From a virus, in the IMG/VR virus record IMGVR_UViG_3300045988_062277: a DNA stretch of 31,565 nt. One strand, given 5' to 3'. The notes under the pieces were generated by a model. The model searched no databases, had not been told where the DNA came from, and worked only from the letters and a program-made list of their open reading frames with translations. Both the position numbers and the translations under genes were made by a program. Each line of letters opens with the position of its first letter. The first letter of the stretch is position 1. This document shows, one piece after another, positions 1 through 8,516 of this stretch.

Positions 1-55
1 CTCGCAGACGGTCGGCGCGCCGACGGACGGCGAAGGCATCACCGACCCGCTGCTC
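1..55. repeat. 55-bp terminal direct repeat, identical to 31511..31565. It is a circular-assembly overlap, not a biological repeat.
   Basis: ctcgcagacggtcggcgcgccgacggacggcgaaggcatcaccgacccgctgctc is present at both ends of the window, and an ORF reads seamlessly across the junction. Confidence 0.95.
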
Positions 56-415
56 AACCCGCTGACGGAAGGTGAGGTCGGCAATCCGGGACGTGTCGCC
101 ATCACAGGAAGCGGTTTCGCTCCGACTCATCTTGTCGTGAAAATCAGAGGCGGATTGTCCGAAGGCGTGCGCATCCACTGCGTCGAGACCGGTGAAGCGG
201 TTGAATTCCACCGTCAAATCAACCCTGACGAGACGATGGTGTTCGACTTCGACAATGAGCGCGTACTGTTCCAGAACCAGTCGGATTTGAGCATGTTCCT
301 CACCGAAGAGAACTGGTTCCGCCCTATGGGTGGTGCGACGATACAGTTCACGCCGTTGGGCGTGCAGTCCGGCACGCCGTCGATGACGGTCGAATGGAAG
401 GAGGCTTGGAGATGA
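2..415 (+). CDS. Distal tail protein (Dit), C-terminal part. The 5' part is 31092..31565, so the gene spans the circular junction.
   Basis: The frame is continuous with the ORF that is open at the window end. It sits directly after the tape measure gene. The TGA stop at 413-415 overlaps the next ATG (ATGA). Confidence 0.7.
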   Translation, partial: SQTVGAPTDGEGITDPLLNPLTEGEVGNPGRVAITGSGFAPTHLVVKIRGGLSEGVRIHCVETGEAVEFHRQINPDETMVFDFDNERVLFQNQSDLSMFLTEENWFRPMGGATIQFTPLGVQSGTPSMTVEWKEAWR

Positions 416-1593
416 AAATCTATCTCGCAGACCTGTTGACCGGACGCCGCATCATCCCGCTGCCGCATACTTCCGCCGAATGGGAGATGAAGCTGAACGA
501 CACGGATTCACTTACGGTGAAGGTGCCTATTTACGCAAGCTCGGATGATACGAGGCTGCAATACATCGCCAACGATGCGCGACTGTTGGACTTGAGGAAC
601 ACCGCCGCCATCGGCAAGACGGTCATGGTCGCCGAAGACGATGGTCTGACGGTCGGCGGCGTGCTCATGCGTCGTGACTATGACGCCGACTCTGGCATTC
701 TCACCTTGGTGGCGTCCGGCATGTGGACGTACTTCGACCATAGGACTATTCTTCCGGCGAAGGCGATGGGCAAAAGCCTCGTCAAGTCGGACGGTTCGCC
801 TGACCCGCAATACGACACGTCGTACAGGAACGTCACATGGAACACGGTCGCACGCAATCTCGTCGAACAGGCCATGAGCTGGCCGCACAGCAATGTGCCC
901 GTCGTGTTGGAAACTGCGGAGACAGGCAAGTCCGAAGCGAACTATCAGGCCGTGGACCTCAACTATGTGGGCGAGGTGCTGACGAACATCACGAACTATC
1001 AGAACGGTTGCGACATCGGATTCTTCCCCACGCGCACGGCTGACGGATTGGGGTACGAGTGGCATATGAAGACCGGGCATCCATTGCTCGGCGGCGAAAC
1101 ACACTATTTCAGCGCGTCCGCCATGCAGCCGGGCATCGCATCATTGTCCGCGACGGATGATGGAGACAAGCTCGCCTCCCTGCAATGGTTCACGTCAGGC
1201 AAATCCGATGACAAGACCCTCGTCGTGTCCGCCTATACGGACATTCTGGAGAAGGCGGGCGCTCCGATATGGGAGAGCGTGGACTCCAGCCATTCGACGG
1301 TCAAATTGCAGAACACGTTGCAGGCGTACGCGAACGAGGCCGCAGCCGTCTACTGGCAGCCGGTATCGTCCACTGAGGCGAAAGTGCATCGCGGATACCT
1401 GCATTCCGTGAACCAGACGCTCGCCAATTATACGGTGGGCGATTACATCAGGTTCACGACGAAGGGCGACTGGTATTATGTGGATGGCGCGCATACGCGG
1501 CGCATCACCGGCATCAAGGCCGATGAAAGTTCGAATTGGATTACGTTCACGTTGGGAGACGTGTTCGACGGTGTGAAAGTGACGGTGGAATAA
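412..1593 (+). CDS. Tail-associated baseplate protein (Tal-like minor tail protein)
   Basis: It follows Dit, as in siphovirus tail-tip modules. There is a GGAGG RBS and an ATGA overlap at 412. The functional assignment is mainly positional. Confidence 0.55.
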   Translation: MKIYLADLLTGRRIIPLPHTSAEWEMKLNDTDSLTVKVPIYASSDDTRLQYIANDARLLDLRNTAAIGKTVMVAEDDGLTVGGVLMRRDYDADSGILTLVASGMWTYFDHRTILPAKAMGKSLVKSDGSPDPQYDTSYRNVTWNTVARNLVEQAMSWPHSNVPVVLETAETGKSEANYQAVDLNYVGEVLTNITNYQNGCDIGFFPTRTADGLGYEWHMKTGHPLLGGETHYFSASAMQPGIASLSATDDGDKLASLQWFTSGKSDDKTLVVSAYTDILEKAGAPIWESVDSSHSTVKLQNTLQAYANEAAAVYWQPVSSTEAKVHRGYLHSVNQTLANYTVGDYIRFTTKGDWYYVDGAHTRRITGIKADESSNWITFTLGDVFDGVKVTVE

Positions 1594-2345
1594 TGGAAAT
1601 CGTAGTGCATCAGGGCGAGTCGACGGACGGCGCCGCACCCGTCTCCGACGATGGTGACGTGCTCAACGTGAAGAACCCGGCTCAGGAGACCAACAAGCTC
1701 GTGTCCACGCTGAACGAGTACGGCCGACGCCTACGCGAACTGGAGAAGCCTTCCGGCTCGCAGTTGACTCAGGCGATTCAGAAGGTGTTGGACATCAGCG
1801 CGAACATCGACCAAACGGTAGCCGCGTCCATCAACAGGAACTCGTATGACCGTGCAACCATCGACGCGAAATGCAATGCGTGGAATTGGGGTGTATTGTC
1901 TCCGGGCCGTGGCGGCACGAATACGACAAACGCCTATAACAACGTGTTTTCAGCGGGCTCGTGGCGTGCGGCGTGGGTATTGTCGGACGGCACGATGGGT
2001 ACGGCTCAGTCCAGCCGCAAGGTGAAGCAGGACTTCATAATGCCGGATATCACGTTGGAGCAGATGCGTGCCGTGGATTGGACGCTCTACAGGTTCATCG
2101 ACGATGTGAACCGGAACGGCGATGATGCGGCCATCCACATCGGCATGATTGCCGAAGAGCTGGACGACAACGGCTTGGGGCAGTTCGTCGAGTATAATGA
2201 TGATTACGAGCCTGTCGGCATCAACTATCCGATGCTGGGCGTGTGGGCGATACATGAGGCCCATCTCGCCCATGACCGCATCGACCGGCTTGAGGAACGT
2301 TTGAAAGCGTTGGAAGGAAAGATTGATAATGACGTTGAGGAATAG
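1593..2345 (+). CDS. Tail fibre/spike protein with a C-terminal intramolecular chaperone (Peptidase S74-like) domain
   Basis: The ATG at 1593 overlaps the preceding TAA. The C-terminus SSRKVKQDFIMPDITLEQMRAVDWTLYRF...HIGMIAEEL...INYPML...LEERLKALEGK matches the Ser-Lys autoproteolytic chaperone domain pattern followed by a coiled coil. Confidence 0.6.
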   Translation: MEIVVHQGESTDGAAPVSDDGDVLNVKNPAQETNKLVSTLNEYGRRLRELEKPSGSQLTQAIQKVLDISANIDQTVAASINRNSYDRATIDAKCNAWNWGVLSPGRGGTNTTNAYNNVFSAGSWRAAWVLSDGTMGTAQSSRKVKQDFIMPDITLEQMRAVDWTLYRFIDDVNRNGDDAAIHIGMIAEELDDNGLGQFVEYNDDYEPVGINYPMLGVWAIHEAHLAHDRIDRLEERLKALEGKIDNDVEE

Positions 2346-3288
2346 TCTGTTCGCGGTGTCCGGCAAGGCGTCGTTTTTGGATGCTCGCCGTGACATGAGC
2401 GGCCTGTTCGTCTGCGATAAGACCACGATGATGCCGATTGCAGGCATCCTCGACCGTTCGCAGGACAACCTCGTGACTGGCCGCAGCGATTCCATGAGCG
2501 TGACGGTGCATCCGTTCAACGCGGTGCTGAACCGTTACGGCGCGCTGCTTATCCAGAACGATGGAGACGTGAAGGTGCCGTTAAGCGCGGCTCCGTCCGC
2601 GAATTCGCGTATCGACGTGGTGTATGTGAAGCAGAACGAGACGCGCTCGCCGATTTCGGACGGTTCGGATGTTCCGGAGTTCGGCGTGGTTAATGGTGTC
2701 GCTGCGGCGACGCCTGTCGCACCCAGTGTTCCAGATGGCGCTTTGGCCTTGGCCCAAGTGCTGCTTCCGGCTGGCGTGTCGAATACGGCTGCCGCTGGTG
2801 TGGTCATCACGCAGACGTATATCGGCGCGGCGATGAAGGGTGACACGCTCCGGGTGCAGACTTCCGCCCAGCGCGACGCTCTGACCGGCGTGCCTGAAGG
2901 CACGTTGTTGCATAATGTGGCCGATGGTTGCGATTATGTCAGACATGACAACGCTTGGATGCCTTACAGCGGGCAAATGATTAAAATTGCTCTACCGTTT
3001 TTCGATGGAAATTTCCTCACGTTGGTGATGTCGAACGGTGTCGTATATGCGACTGGTTCCGGTGGCCCGAAGAAGGGTGTGAACGAGTCGAATATGTACG
3101 ACAAGAAAGGTAATGAAACCGTTCCTATCGGCTGGCGTCCGAAAAATCCAGCAATCATCGACGGATTGAATCACACTGATTTGCAGCCGTACGCATGTGT
3201 TGTCAGACCGGATGGGGCTATGTACGTGTTTGGCTCATGTCGCTATGGAGTACACATGAATGTTTCAGGCTCTTGGCCAACAATCTGA
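2329..3288 (+). CDS. Minor tail protein, candidate receptor-binding protein
   Basis: It is the last structural ORF before the lysis cassette. The ATG at 2329 is preceded by GGAAGGA (the track start at 2323 is a TTG). The C-terminal part is visibly less GC-rich. Confidence 0.45.
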   Translation: MTLRNSLFAVSGKASFLDARRDMSGLFVCDKTTMMPIAGILDRSQDNLVTGRSDSMSVTVHPFNAVLNRYGALLIQNDGDVKVPLSAAPSANSRIDVVYVKQNETRSPISDGSDVPEFGVVNGVAAATPVAPSVPDGALALAQVLLPAGVSNTAAAGVVITQTYIGAAMKGDTLRVQTSAQRDALTGVPEGTLLHNVADGCDYVRHDNAWMPYSGQMIKIALPFFDGNFLTLVMSNGVVYATGSGGPKKGVNESNMYDKKGNETVPIGWRPKNPAIIDGLNHTDLQPYACVVRPDGAMYVFGSCRYGVHMNVSGSWPTI

Positions 3289-3298
3289 CATAACATAA

Positions 3299-3326
3299 AG
3301 CTCCTCAAAACGAGGGGCTTCGCTTT
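3299..3326 (+). terminator. Hairpin terminator after the tail genes
   Basis: agctcctc-aaaac-gaggggct forms 8 bp including one G-U pair, followed by tcgcttt. Confidence 0.45.
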
Positions 3327-3388
3327 AATTGTAGCCAAACGTGATATAGCCGAAGGATAGCGACTTGTCCCAAGTGTCATCTTCACGT

Positions 3389-3417
3389 CTGACATAATCT
3401 CAATCATCGGCTAGAAT
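3389..3417 (+). promoter_or_regulatory. Candidate promoter of the lysis cassette, giving a leaderless or near-leaderless mRNA
   Basis: CTGACA, a 17-nt spacer, then TAGAAT. The -10 ends 8 nt before the ATG at 3426, and there is no RBS in between. Confidence 0.45.
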
Positions 3418-3425
3418 AGTGCCAT

Positions 3426-3797
3426 ATGAGCACTGACATCATCGTCGCCCTAGTGACCGGACTATGCGCCATTGTGGTCGCGGCCGTCACTTGGGCGCAG
3501 AACAGACGCGGCGATTTGAGCGAAGCCTATCGGCGGCTCTCGGAAGCCCAATTGAACATGCAGCAGGAAATCGACCGGCAGGACGAAAAGCTTGCCGCGC
3601 TCATCCGCGAGCGCGGCGAACTCCGCTATCAGGACGATTTGAAGACCTCGTACATTCGGGCGATAGGGCATTGGCTGGGAGAACTCTGCAATATTCTCGA
3701 CCCTGAGTTTCTGAAACGGCATCCTAAGCCGAGTCTCCCCGACGCGTTGAGGAGTACAATAGAACCGTTGACAGACACCAACAGTAAGGAGCAGTGA
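3426..3797 (+). CDS. Membrane-anchored coiled-coil protein at the start of the lysis cassette
   Basis: N-terminal hydrophobic segment IIVALVTGLCAIVVAAVTW followed by a heptad-like charged helix. It lies directly upstream of the holin. Confidence 0.55.
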   Translation: MSTDIIVALVTGLCAIVVAAVTWAQNRRGDLSEAYRRLSEAQLNMQQEIDRQDEKLAALIRERGELRYQDDLKTSYIRAIGHWLGELCNILDPEFLKRHPKPSLPDALRSTIEPLTDTNSKEQ

Positions 3798-3800
3798 ATA

Positions 3801-4082
3801 TTGTTCACTAAGGATTTTTGGGTTGACACGCTGGAGCGTGCAATCCGCACCGCATGTCAGGCCGCATTGTCGGCTGGCGTGGTCGGCGGCGTCGGCCTGT
3901 TCGAAGTGGATTGGCTGAACGTCTGCGGCATCGCCTTGGTCGCGGCCATCGCCAGCGTGCTGACGAGCGTCGCTTCGAGCGGCAAGACCGATTCAATCAG
4001 TCCGGCTTCCTTCGCAATGTCCGACAGGGCGAAGGTGACCGGCAAGCATATTGCAGGCAATGAAATGGAGGTTTCAGAATAA
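3801..4082 (+). CDS. Holin (r1t-type)
   Basis: The TTG start MFTKDFWVDTLERAIRTACQAA... plus two hydrophobic segments resembles the phage r1t holin family. It overlaps the endolysin start (TAATG). Confidence 0.6.
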   Translation: MFTKDFWVDTLERAIRTACQAALSAGVVGGVGLFEVDWLNVCGIALVAAIASVLTSVASSGKTDSISPASFAMSDRAKVTGKHIAGNEMEVSE

Positions 4083-5008
4083 TGAGGATTGTGGATATCA
4101 GCAATTGGAAGGCCGATTGCGACGTTTCCAAGATTGACGCCGATGGCGTCGTTGTCCAGTGCACTTGGGGCGCAGGCGAATGTTCGAACGATTATGGTCT
4201 GGTGAATTCCGTGTGGATTGGCGCGGATGCGAAGATTCAGGCAGCAGCAGCCCGTGGCATGGCGGTCGGATACATGCACTATATCCGTGGCGTGGGCGCT
4301 TCAGCGGAAGCGTATTTCTTCGCCGAACACACTAAGGGCTATCTGAAGAAGTTCGTTCCGGCCATTGACTGGGAGGCGGACGATAACGCCGCTTGGGGCA
4401 ACCGCGCCTATCTCGACGAATTCCTCTACCAGTACATTCGACTGACCGGAGTGAAGCCGCTCGTGTATGCTTCGCGTTCCGAAATCCCGTTCATCAAGGA
4501 TATCTGCGCCAAGCATGATTGCGGCATTTGGGAGGCGTGCTACGCGTCCATGGATGCGGTCGGCTGGCAGGACGCCAACTCGATTTGGTCGTATGTGGCG
4601 TATCCGATGCGACAGTACACTCCGAACGGTCATATCGGCGGCTACGCCGGTTCGCTTGATTTGAACTATTTCGCTGGTGATAAGACAGCTTGGGACAAGT
4701 ATGCCGGTGTGGGGGCGAACACTCCTGTGAACCCGGCTCCGGCCCCGGTGGTTTCTCCTTCTCCGACTGTGGTCCCCACCACGTATGAGGTGGTTGTCGA
4801 TGCGTTGAACGTGCGTACCGAACCGTCGTTGAATGGGCAGGTCGTGGCCTGTTACGGTCGCGGCGGTAAGGTCGTGTTGGATGGTTGGGGCGTTTATGCT
4901 GACGGCTTCCTGTGGGGTCGTTATGTCGGCGCTTCTTCGGGCCAGCTAAGGTATATCGCAATCGGCACTGAGTCCGGCAGCGACTGGTATTTGACAATGT
5001 GCCGTTAG
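4082..5008 (+). CDS. Endolysin: GH25 muramidase, Pro-rich linker and a C-terminal SH3b-like wall-binding domain
   Basis: N-terminus MRIVDISNWK...DGVVVQCTWG...YMHY...DWE...LDLNYF fits the GH25 pattern. The linker is NPAPAPVVSPSPTVVP. The C-terminus is VVVDALNVRTEPSLNGQVV...LWGRY. Confidence 0.85.
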   Translation: MRIVDISNWKADCDVSKIDADGVVVQCTWGAGECSNDYGLVNSVWIGADAKIQAAAARGMAVGYMHYIRGVGASAEAYFFAEHTKGYLKKFVPAIDWEADDNAAWGNRAYLDEFLYQYIRLTGVKPLVYASRSEIPFIKDICAKHDCGIWEACYASMDAVGWQDANSIWSYVAYPMRQYTPNGHIGGYAGSLDLNYFAGDKTAWDKYAGVGANTPVNPAPAPVVSPSPTVVPTTYEVVVDALNVRTEPSLNGQVVACYGRGGKVVLDGWGVYADGFLWGRYVGASSGQLRYIAIGTESGSDWYLTMCR

Positions 5009-5067
5009 TCTGATACGATAAGGACTGTTGGAAGTTATTCCAACGGCCCTCCTTTGGTTTCTCCCAA

Positions 5068-5104
5068 GCCCCCGCACGGTGACTCATGCGGGGGCTTTCT
5101 CTTT
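5068..5104. terminator. Bidirectional terminator at the convergence of the late (+) and early (-) arms
   Basis: gcccccgca-N10-tgcgggggc is a perfect 9-bp GC-rich stem followed by tttctcttt. The flanking genes converge here. Confidence 0.7.
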
Positions 5105-5258
5105 AATCATCCGACAGTACGCATATCACATCCGCCACGATGGCCATAGCCACGTATACGATGAAAACGCGCGTGTTCCACGCGCCGCTTACCAGCATGA
5201 TGGTTGCGACGAACCCAAGCAGGATGATGGTGCAGACGACGAACTTCAGGGTTTCCAT
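5103..5258 (-). CDS. 51-aa two-segment membrane microprotein (below the track cutoff)
   Basis: Manual translation gives METLKFVVCTIILLGFVATIMLVSGAWNTRVFIVYVAMAIVADVICVLSDD. It is the last gene of the leftward operon. Confidence 0.5.
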   Translation of the reverse strand: METLKFVVCTIILLGFVATIMLVSGAWNTRVFIVYVAMAIVADVICVLSDD

Positions 5259-5285
5259 CAGAACTTGTCACCTTGCCTTTCCTTC

Positions 5286-5420
5286 TCATTCGTCACCGCG
5301 CAGCCTCCAACATTTCGTGCAATATCCGTTGTATAGCCACATCTCTTTCGTGGTGAGTTTTTTCAGGCAATGCTTGCATCGCTTCGGGTCGAGGTGGGCC
5401 AGTGCTCTAATAACACTCAT
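5286..5420 (-). CDS. 44-aa zinc-ribbon microprotein
   Basis: Manual translation gives MSVIRALAHLDPKRCKHCLKKLTTKEMWLYNGYCTKCWRLRGDE, with a CxxC...CxxC pattern. A GGAGG RBS lies 6 nt upstream. Confidence 0.5.
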   Translation of the reverse strand: MSVIRALAHLDPKRCKHCLKKLTTKEMWLYNGYCTKCWRLRGDE

Positions 5421-5571
5421 CTGTATCCTCCATTCTTTCCTGTCCGTTCTTGTCCGTCGACACCGGGTCGATTTCCTGCTTGCAGGCTTCGCACGGCATT
5501 TCCGGATACCATTTCTCCAACGTCATATATCGCCCGCAGTTCAGGCATTGACGAAGCAGTCTGATACTCAT
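5407..5571 (-). CDS. 54-aa zinc-ribbon microprotein
   Basis: Manual translation gives MSIRLLRQCLNCGRYMTLEKWYPEMPCEACKQEIDPVSTDKNGQERMEDTDECY, with a CxxC...CxxC pattern. It starts 2 nt after the dcd stop. Confidence 0.5.
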   Translation of the reverse strand: MSIRLLRQCLNCGRYMTLEKWYPEMPCEACKQEIDPVSTDKNGQERMEDTDECY

Positions 5572-5572
5572 A

Positions 5573-6112
5573 TCATACCTCTACAGCCGGTTGTGGGGCG
5601 TTCTGATGCTGATAGTGGCCGACCATGCCGTAAGGTTTCATCGAGGCGGCGTTCAGGTATCCGAACGACACTTGGCCGATTCTCATGCCGGGCTTCAGCA
5701 TGATGGGGAAACTGTTCTCGTTCTTCAACTCGACGGTGATGGTTCCGATGAATCCGGCGTCGATGAAGCCTGCGGTCACGTGTGTGCAGAGTCCGAGTCG
5801 GCCAAGGCTGCTTTTCCCGTCGAATCGTGCCATCATGTTGTCTGGGAGGCTGATTTTCTCCACGGTTGCGCCTAGGACGAACTGTCCGGGCTGAAGCATG
5901 TAGTGTCCGTCGATTTTGACGGGCTCGGTGTGAACACCGTGCAGTGCGTGGTCTCCGCCGTCAGCGTAACCGTCTTCCGCATCCATGGTGAAGATAAGGA
6001 TGGTGTCCTGCAAGGTCACGTCATACGAGTTGGGGTTCAACTGTTTTGACGTGTACGGCAGGATGAGGTCTCGATATTCCACGAACCGTTCGATGGTGAT
6101 GTCGTTCAGCAT
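5573..6112 (-). CDS. dcd: dCTP deaminase family protein
   Basis: GKSSLGRLGLCTHVTAGFIDAGFIGTITVELKN and the overall length match the dCTP deaminase/dUTPase-fold family. The RBS is AAGGAG. Confidence 0.85.
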   Translation of the reverse strand: MLNDITIERFVEYRDLILPYTSKQLNPNSYDVTLQDTILIFTMDAEDGYADGGDHALHGVHTEPVKIDGHYMLQPGQFVLGATVEKISLPDNMMARFDGKSSLGRLGLCTHVTAGFIDAGFIGTITVELKNENSFPIMLKPGMRIGQVSFGYLNAASMKPYGMVGHYQHQNAPQPAVEV

Positions 6113-6121
6113 TTTTTCTCC

Positions 6122-6502
6122 TTACTCGTTGCAAAGGCGCTGCAACAGTTCCTTGTCGCTCATCGGTTTGATTTCATACAGGTACATTGCGCATGCGGAT
6201 GGGTTTTCCATATTCGCTTCAGCCGGGAACCGTTCTTTGAGTTCCTGCACGGTCATGCCGGTCAGCTTAGCGAACATGCTCCACGTCCAAGGGCTGGCCT
6301 CATAGTCGCCGAACGGGGTCGTTTCGAGGATGACGGCGTTGCCGAGATGCGTTCCCGTGAAAGCGTCCGTGAATACGAAGGCCACAGTCTCATATGGCGA
6401 CATGGATTCGCGCACCATGAAGTTTGTTTCCCCGGATTTTATCTTCCGCCATTCCTCACGGCCCACTTTCAGCCGCGTCACAGTGCGGTTATCGCTGGTC
6501 AT
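6122..6502 (-). CDS. Hypothetical protein, possibly ASCH-like
   Basis: Coding is well supported by a GGAAGGAAGG RBS and an overlap with the upstream gene. RLKVGREEWRKIKSGETNFMVRE weakly resembles an ASCH beta-barrel N-terminus. Confidence 0.5.
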   Translation of the reverse strand: MTSDNRTVTRLKVGREEWRKIKSGETNFMVRESMSPYETVAFVFTDAFTGTHLGNAVILETTPFGDYEASPWTWSMFAKLTGMTVQELKERFPAEANMENPSACAMYLYEIKPMSDKELLQRLCNE

Positions 6503-6917
6503 TTTGCCTTCCTTCCTGCATGAACGCCAATGCTATCACAAGATAGGCGATGGCATCCAGATACGAGTCTTCCTTGGTGCGGTCGTGTTTGATGCGTTCG
6601 ATTTTCAGCTCGGCCATCATGATTAGTTCGGCCATCATGATTGCGACTTCCGCGGCAGCGCAGTCGAACCATCGTTTGGAAATGTTCTGGAACATGGTTC
6701 GTGGATTGCTGTATTCTTCGGCTTTCTCACCGGTGAGCATGTTGTTCACATGGATGAGGTTGTCGGCGATGCGCGCGTAGATGTTTGCGTTTTTCACAAC
6801 CGGCGGGTCGATGGGGGTGTCACTGGGTGTTTTCGACCCGTGATTGGCGGCTGGAATCGCCTTGTTGACGCGTTCCATCACGTCATCCCAACTGTTGTTC
6901 TGTCTTGATGATGTCAT
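6489..6917 (-). CDS. Hypothetical protein, possibly a MazG-like / DUF1599-like nucleotide pyrophosphohydrolase
   Basis: Helical protein with ...ELKIERIKHDRTKEDSYLDAIAYLVIALAF, resembling the C-terminal helix pair of all-alpha NTP-PPases. It contains an in-frame 18-bp tandem duplication. Confidence 0.45.
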   Translation of the reverse strand: MTSSRQNNSWDDVMERVNKAIPAANHGSKTPSDTPIDPPVVKNANIYARIADNLIHVNNMLTGEKAEEYSNPRTMFQNISKRWFDCAAAEVAIMMAELIMMAELKIERIKHDRTKEDSYLDAIAYLVIALAFMQEGRQNDQR

Positions 6918-8139
6918 CGAGTGTTTTCCTTCCTTCTATCACGTCCATGACCTTGCGGTTCCATGGCGTGTCCGGTACGAGTATGCGATGCTGCCCCTGA
7001 TAGGGGCTGCCGCGTCGAACCAGTCTTCTGTTGGCCTGCTCCCAATCGGCGTATGTCCATGGAAGGTCGAGCCATATCTGATCTTTGATGAGATGCTGCA
7101 AGCCGTCCACGCCGGTGCCCATTGACTGCGGGTTGGCGACTATGAGCCGGTATCCTTCCCGTTCTTGGTCGGTCATGGCGAGGAATGTCTTCGCGTCCGT
7201 GCATGGCGTCCAAGTCCGGTAGATTTCGTCTCTTACCGCTTTGAACCGCGTCCATACGAGCAGTGGTGTCGGGTCTTCGCGTCTCTTGGCTTCATCGTAG
7301 ACTGCCTTGAGTTTGGATACGCCGAACCAGTAGGATTCTCCACGGTCTTCGGTCTTGTAGGCGAAGCCGTCGTCGAGTTGGGCGAGTTTGACGGCTGCGG
7401 CGCTCGCGCTTGCCGCGTACACGTCTTCGGCGAGCTGGTGGGTGTTCATCCACTGTTCGAGCGCCGCATCCTCCTGTTCGGTTTTCGGCGAGGGGAGCCA
7501 TTCGGTTTGCGGAAGCTGGTTACCGCCACGTCGGATGTCCAACACGAGCTTTTGCAGCTGTCTGCACGCTTCCTCGACCATGGGCTGGGAATACGTGTAT
7601 TTGACCACTGTGCGCCCTTGCACGCTCATCGTGTAGGGTTTACCGTATCGCATCCTGAAAGCCCCTAGAGTACGCCAAGAATCGCCTAATAGGGCCGTCC
7701 TGTCCTTGGCGTGTGGATACATGACAACGGTCTGCCCGTACAGGTCTTCCAAATCCTTCGGAGCGGGCGTGCCGGTCAGCATCAGCACGTCCTTGGCAAG
7801 GTCACTGATGCCTTTCACGACTTTGGAACGTCCGCTCCTAGGATTCTTCACCATGTGGCTTTCATCCACGATGAGACTGAAACCGTCCGGCACTCCGCCA
7901 AGCTTGGCGGCCATGTTGTAGGACACCACGAGGAAACGGTGGTCTTCCGGCCAGCCATGCTTGCGGTAGTCTTCGATGGTCAGAGCCTTGCCGTGAGACC
8001 ATTGGCTGATTTGCGGCAGCCAAGCGGTCTTCACGACGCTTGCCGGACAGATGACGAGGATATGCTCCGCATCATCCAGCAGGTCCATGCTGCGCTTCGT
8101 CTTGCCTGTTCCTGCCTCGTCGAAGATGAAGGCCCTCAC
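6883..8139 (-). CDS. SNF2/DEAD-like superfamily 2 helicase
   Basis: Motif I is FDEAGTGKT, motif II is IVDESH, and there is a C-terminal helicase lobe. A GTG at 8139 with a GAAGGA RBS and a GTGA overlap is preferred over the track ATG at 8169. Confidence 0.8.
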   Translation of the reverse strand: MRAFIFDEAGTGKTKRSMDLLDDAEHILVICPASVVKTAWLPQISQWSHGKALTIEDYRKHGWPEDHRFLVVSYNMAAKLGGVPDGFSLIVDESHMVKNPRSGRSKVVKGISDLAKDVLMLTGTPAPKDLEDLYGQTVVMYPHAKDRTALLGDSWRTLGAFRMRYGKPYTMSVQGRTVVKYTYSQPMVEEACRQLQKLVLDIRRGGNQLPQTEWLPSPKTEQEDAALEQWMNTHQLAEDVYAASASAAAVKLAQLDDGFAYKTEDRGESYWFGVSKLKAVYDEAKRREDPTPLLVWTRFKAVRDEIYRTWTPCTDAKTFLAMTDQEREGYRLIVANPQSMGTGVDGLQHLIKDQIWLDLPWTYADWEQANRRLVRRGSPYQGQHRILVPDTPWNRKVMDVIEGRKTLDDIIKTEQQLG

Positions 8140-8516
8140 TGCGTGTCCTTCCCGTGCTCGGCCTCCCATGCGGCTATGCGCTCGCGTCCTTCAGGCGTCT
8201 GCTTCCATCTGCGCCATGTCGTATAGCTGACGCCATGCTCTTTCATGAACTTCGCCTGCCATTTGCGGCATGCGGCCCCGCATGCCTCACGATGCTGCTG
8301 CCGGTACAGCACCCAATAGGCGAGCATTCTCTCGTGGTTCTCGTTCATCCACTTCTTTTTAAGCTTCCGCTTATGCTCCACTTTCTTAGGTGTCATGTCG
8401 GCATAGCGGGTGACGGTCTTCTTTTTTTTGGCGGGGGGCATTGGCTTCTGTTGGCGCATCTTTTCGATTTCGGCCCGGGCGCCTTCGTCAAGCCAGTCGA
8501 AGATGCTGTCATTCAT
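8136..8516 (-). CDS. Basic hypothetical protein (126 aa)
   Basis: The start MNDSIF has a GAAGGAAA RBS. The track's N-terminal extension is rejected. The protein is Lys/Arg- and Trp-rich, so possibly nucleic-acid binding. Confidence 0.6.
   Translation of the reverse strand: MNDSIFDWLDEGARAEIEKMRQQKPMPPAKKKKTVTRYADMTPKKVEHKRKLKKKWMNENHERMLAYWVLYRQQHREACGAACRKWQAKFMKEHGVSYTTWRRWKQTPEGRERIAAWEAEHGKDTQ

Noticed and set aside
5140-5703. A 187-aa plus-strand ORF across 5140..5703, and ORF 5107..5289(-)
   Set aside because: Both overlap better-supported minus-strand genes (the microproteins with RBS and Zn-ribbon/TM patterns, and dcd). Their translations are compositionally implausible.
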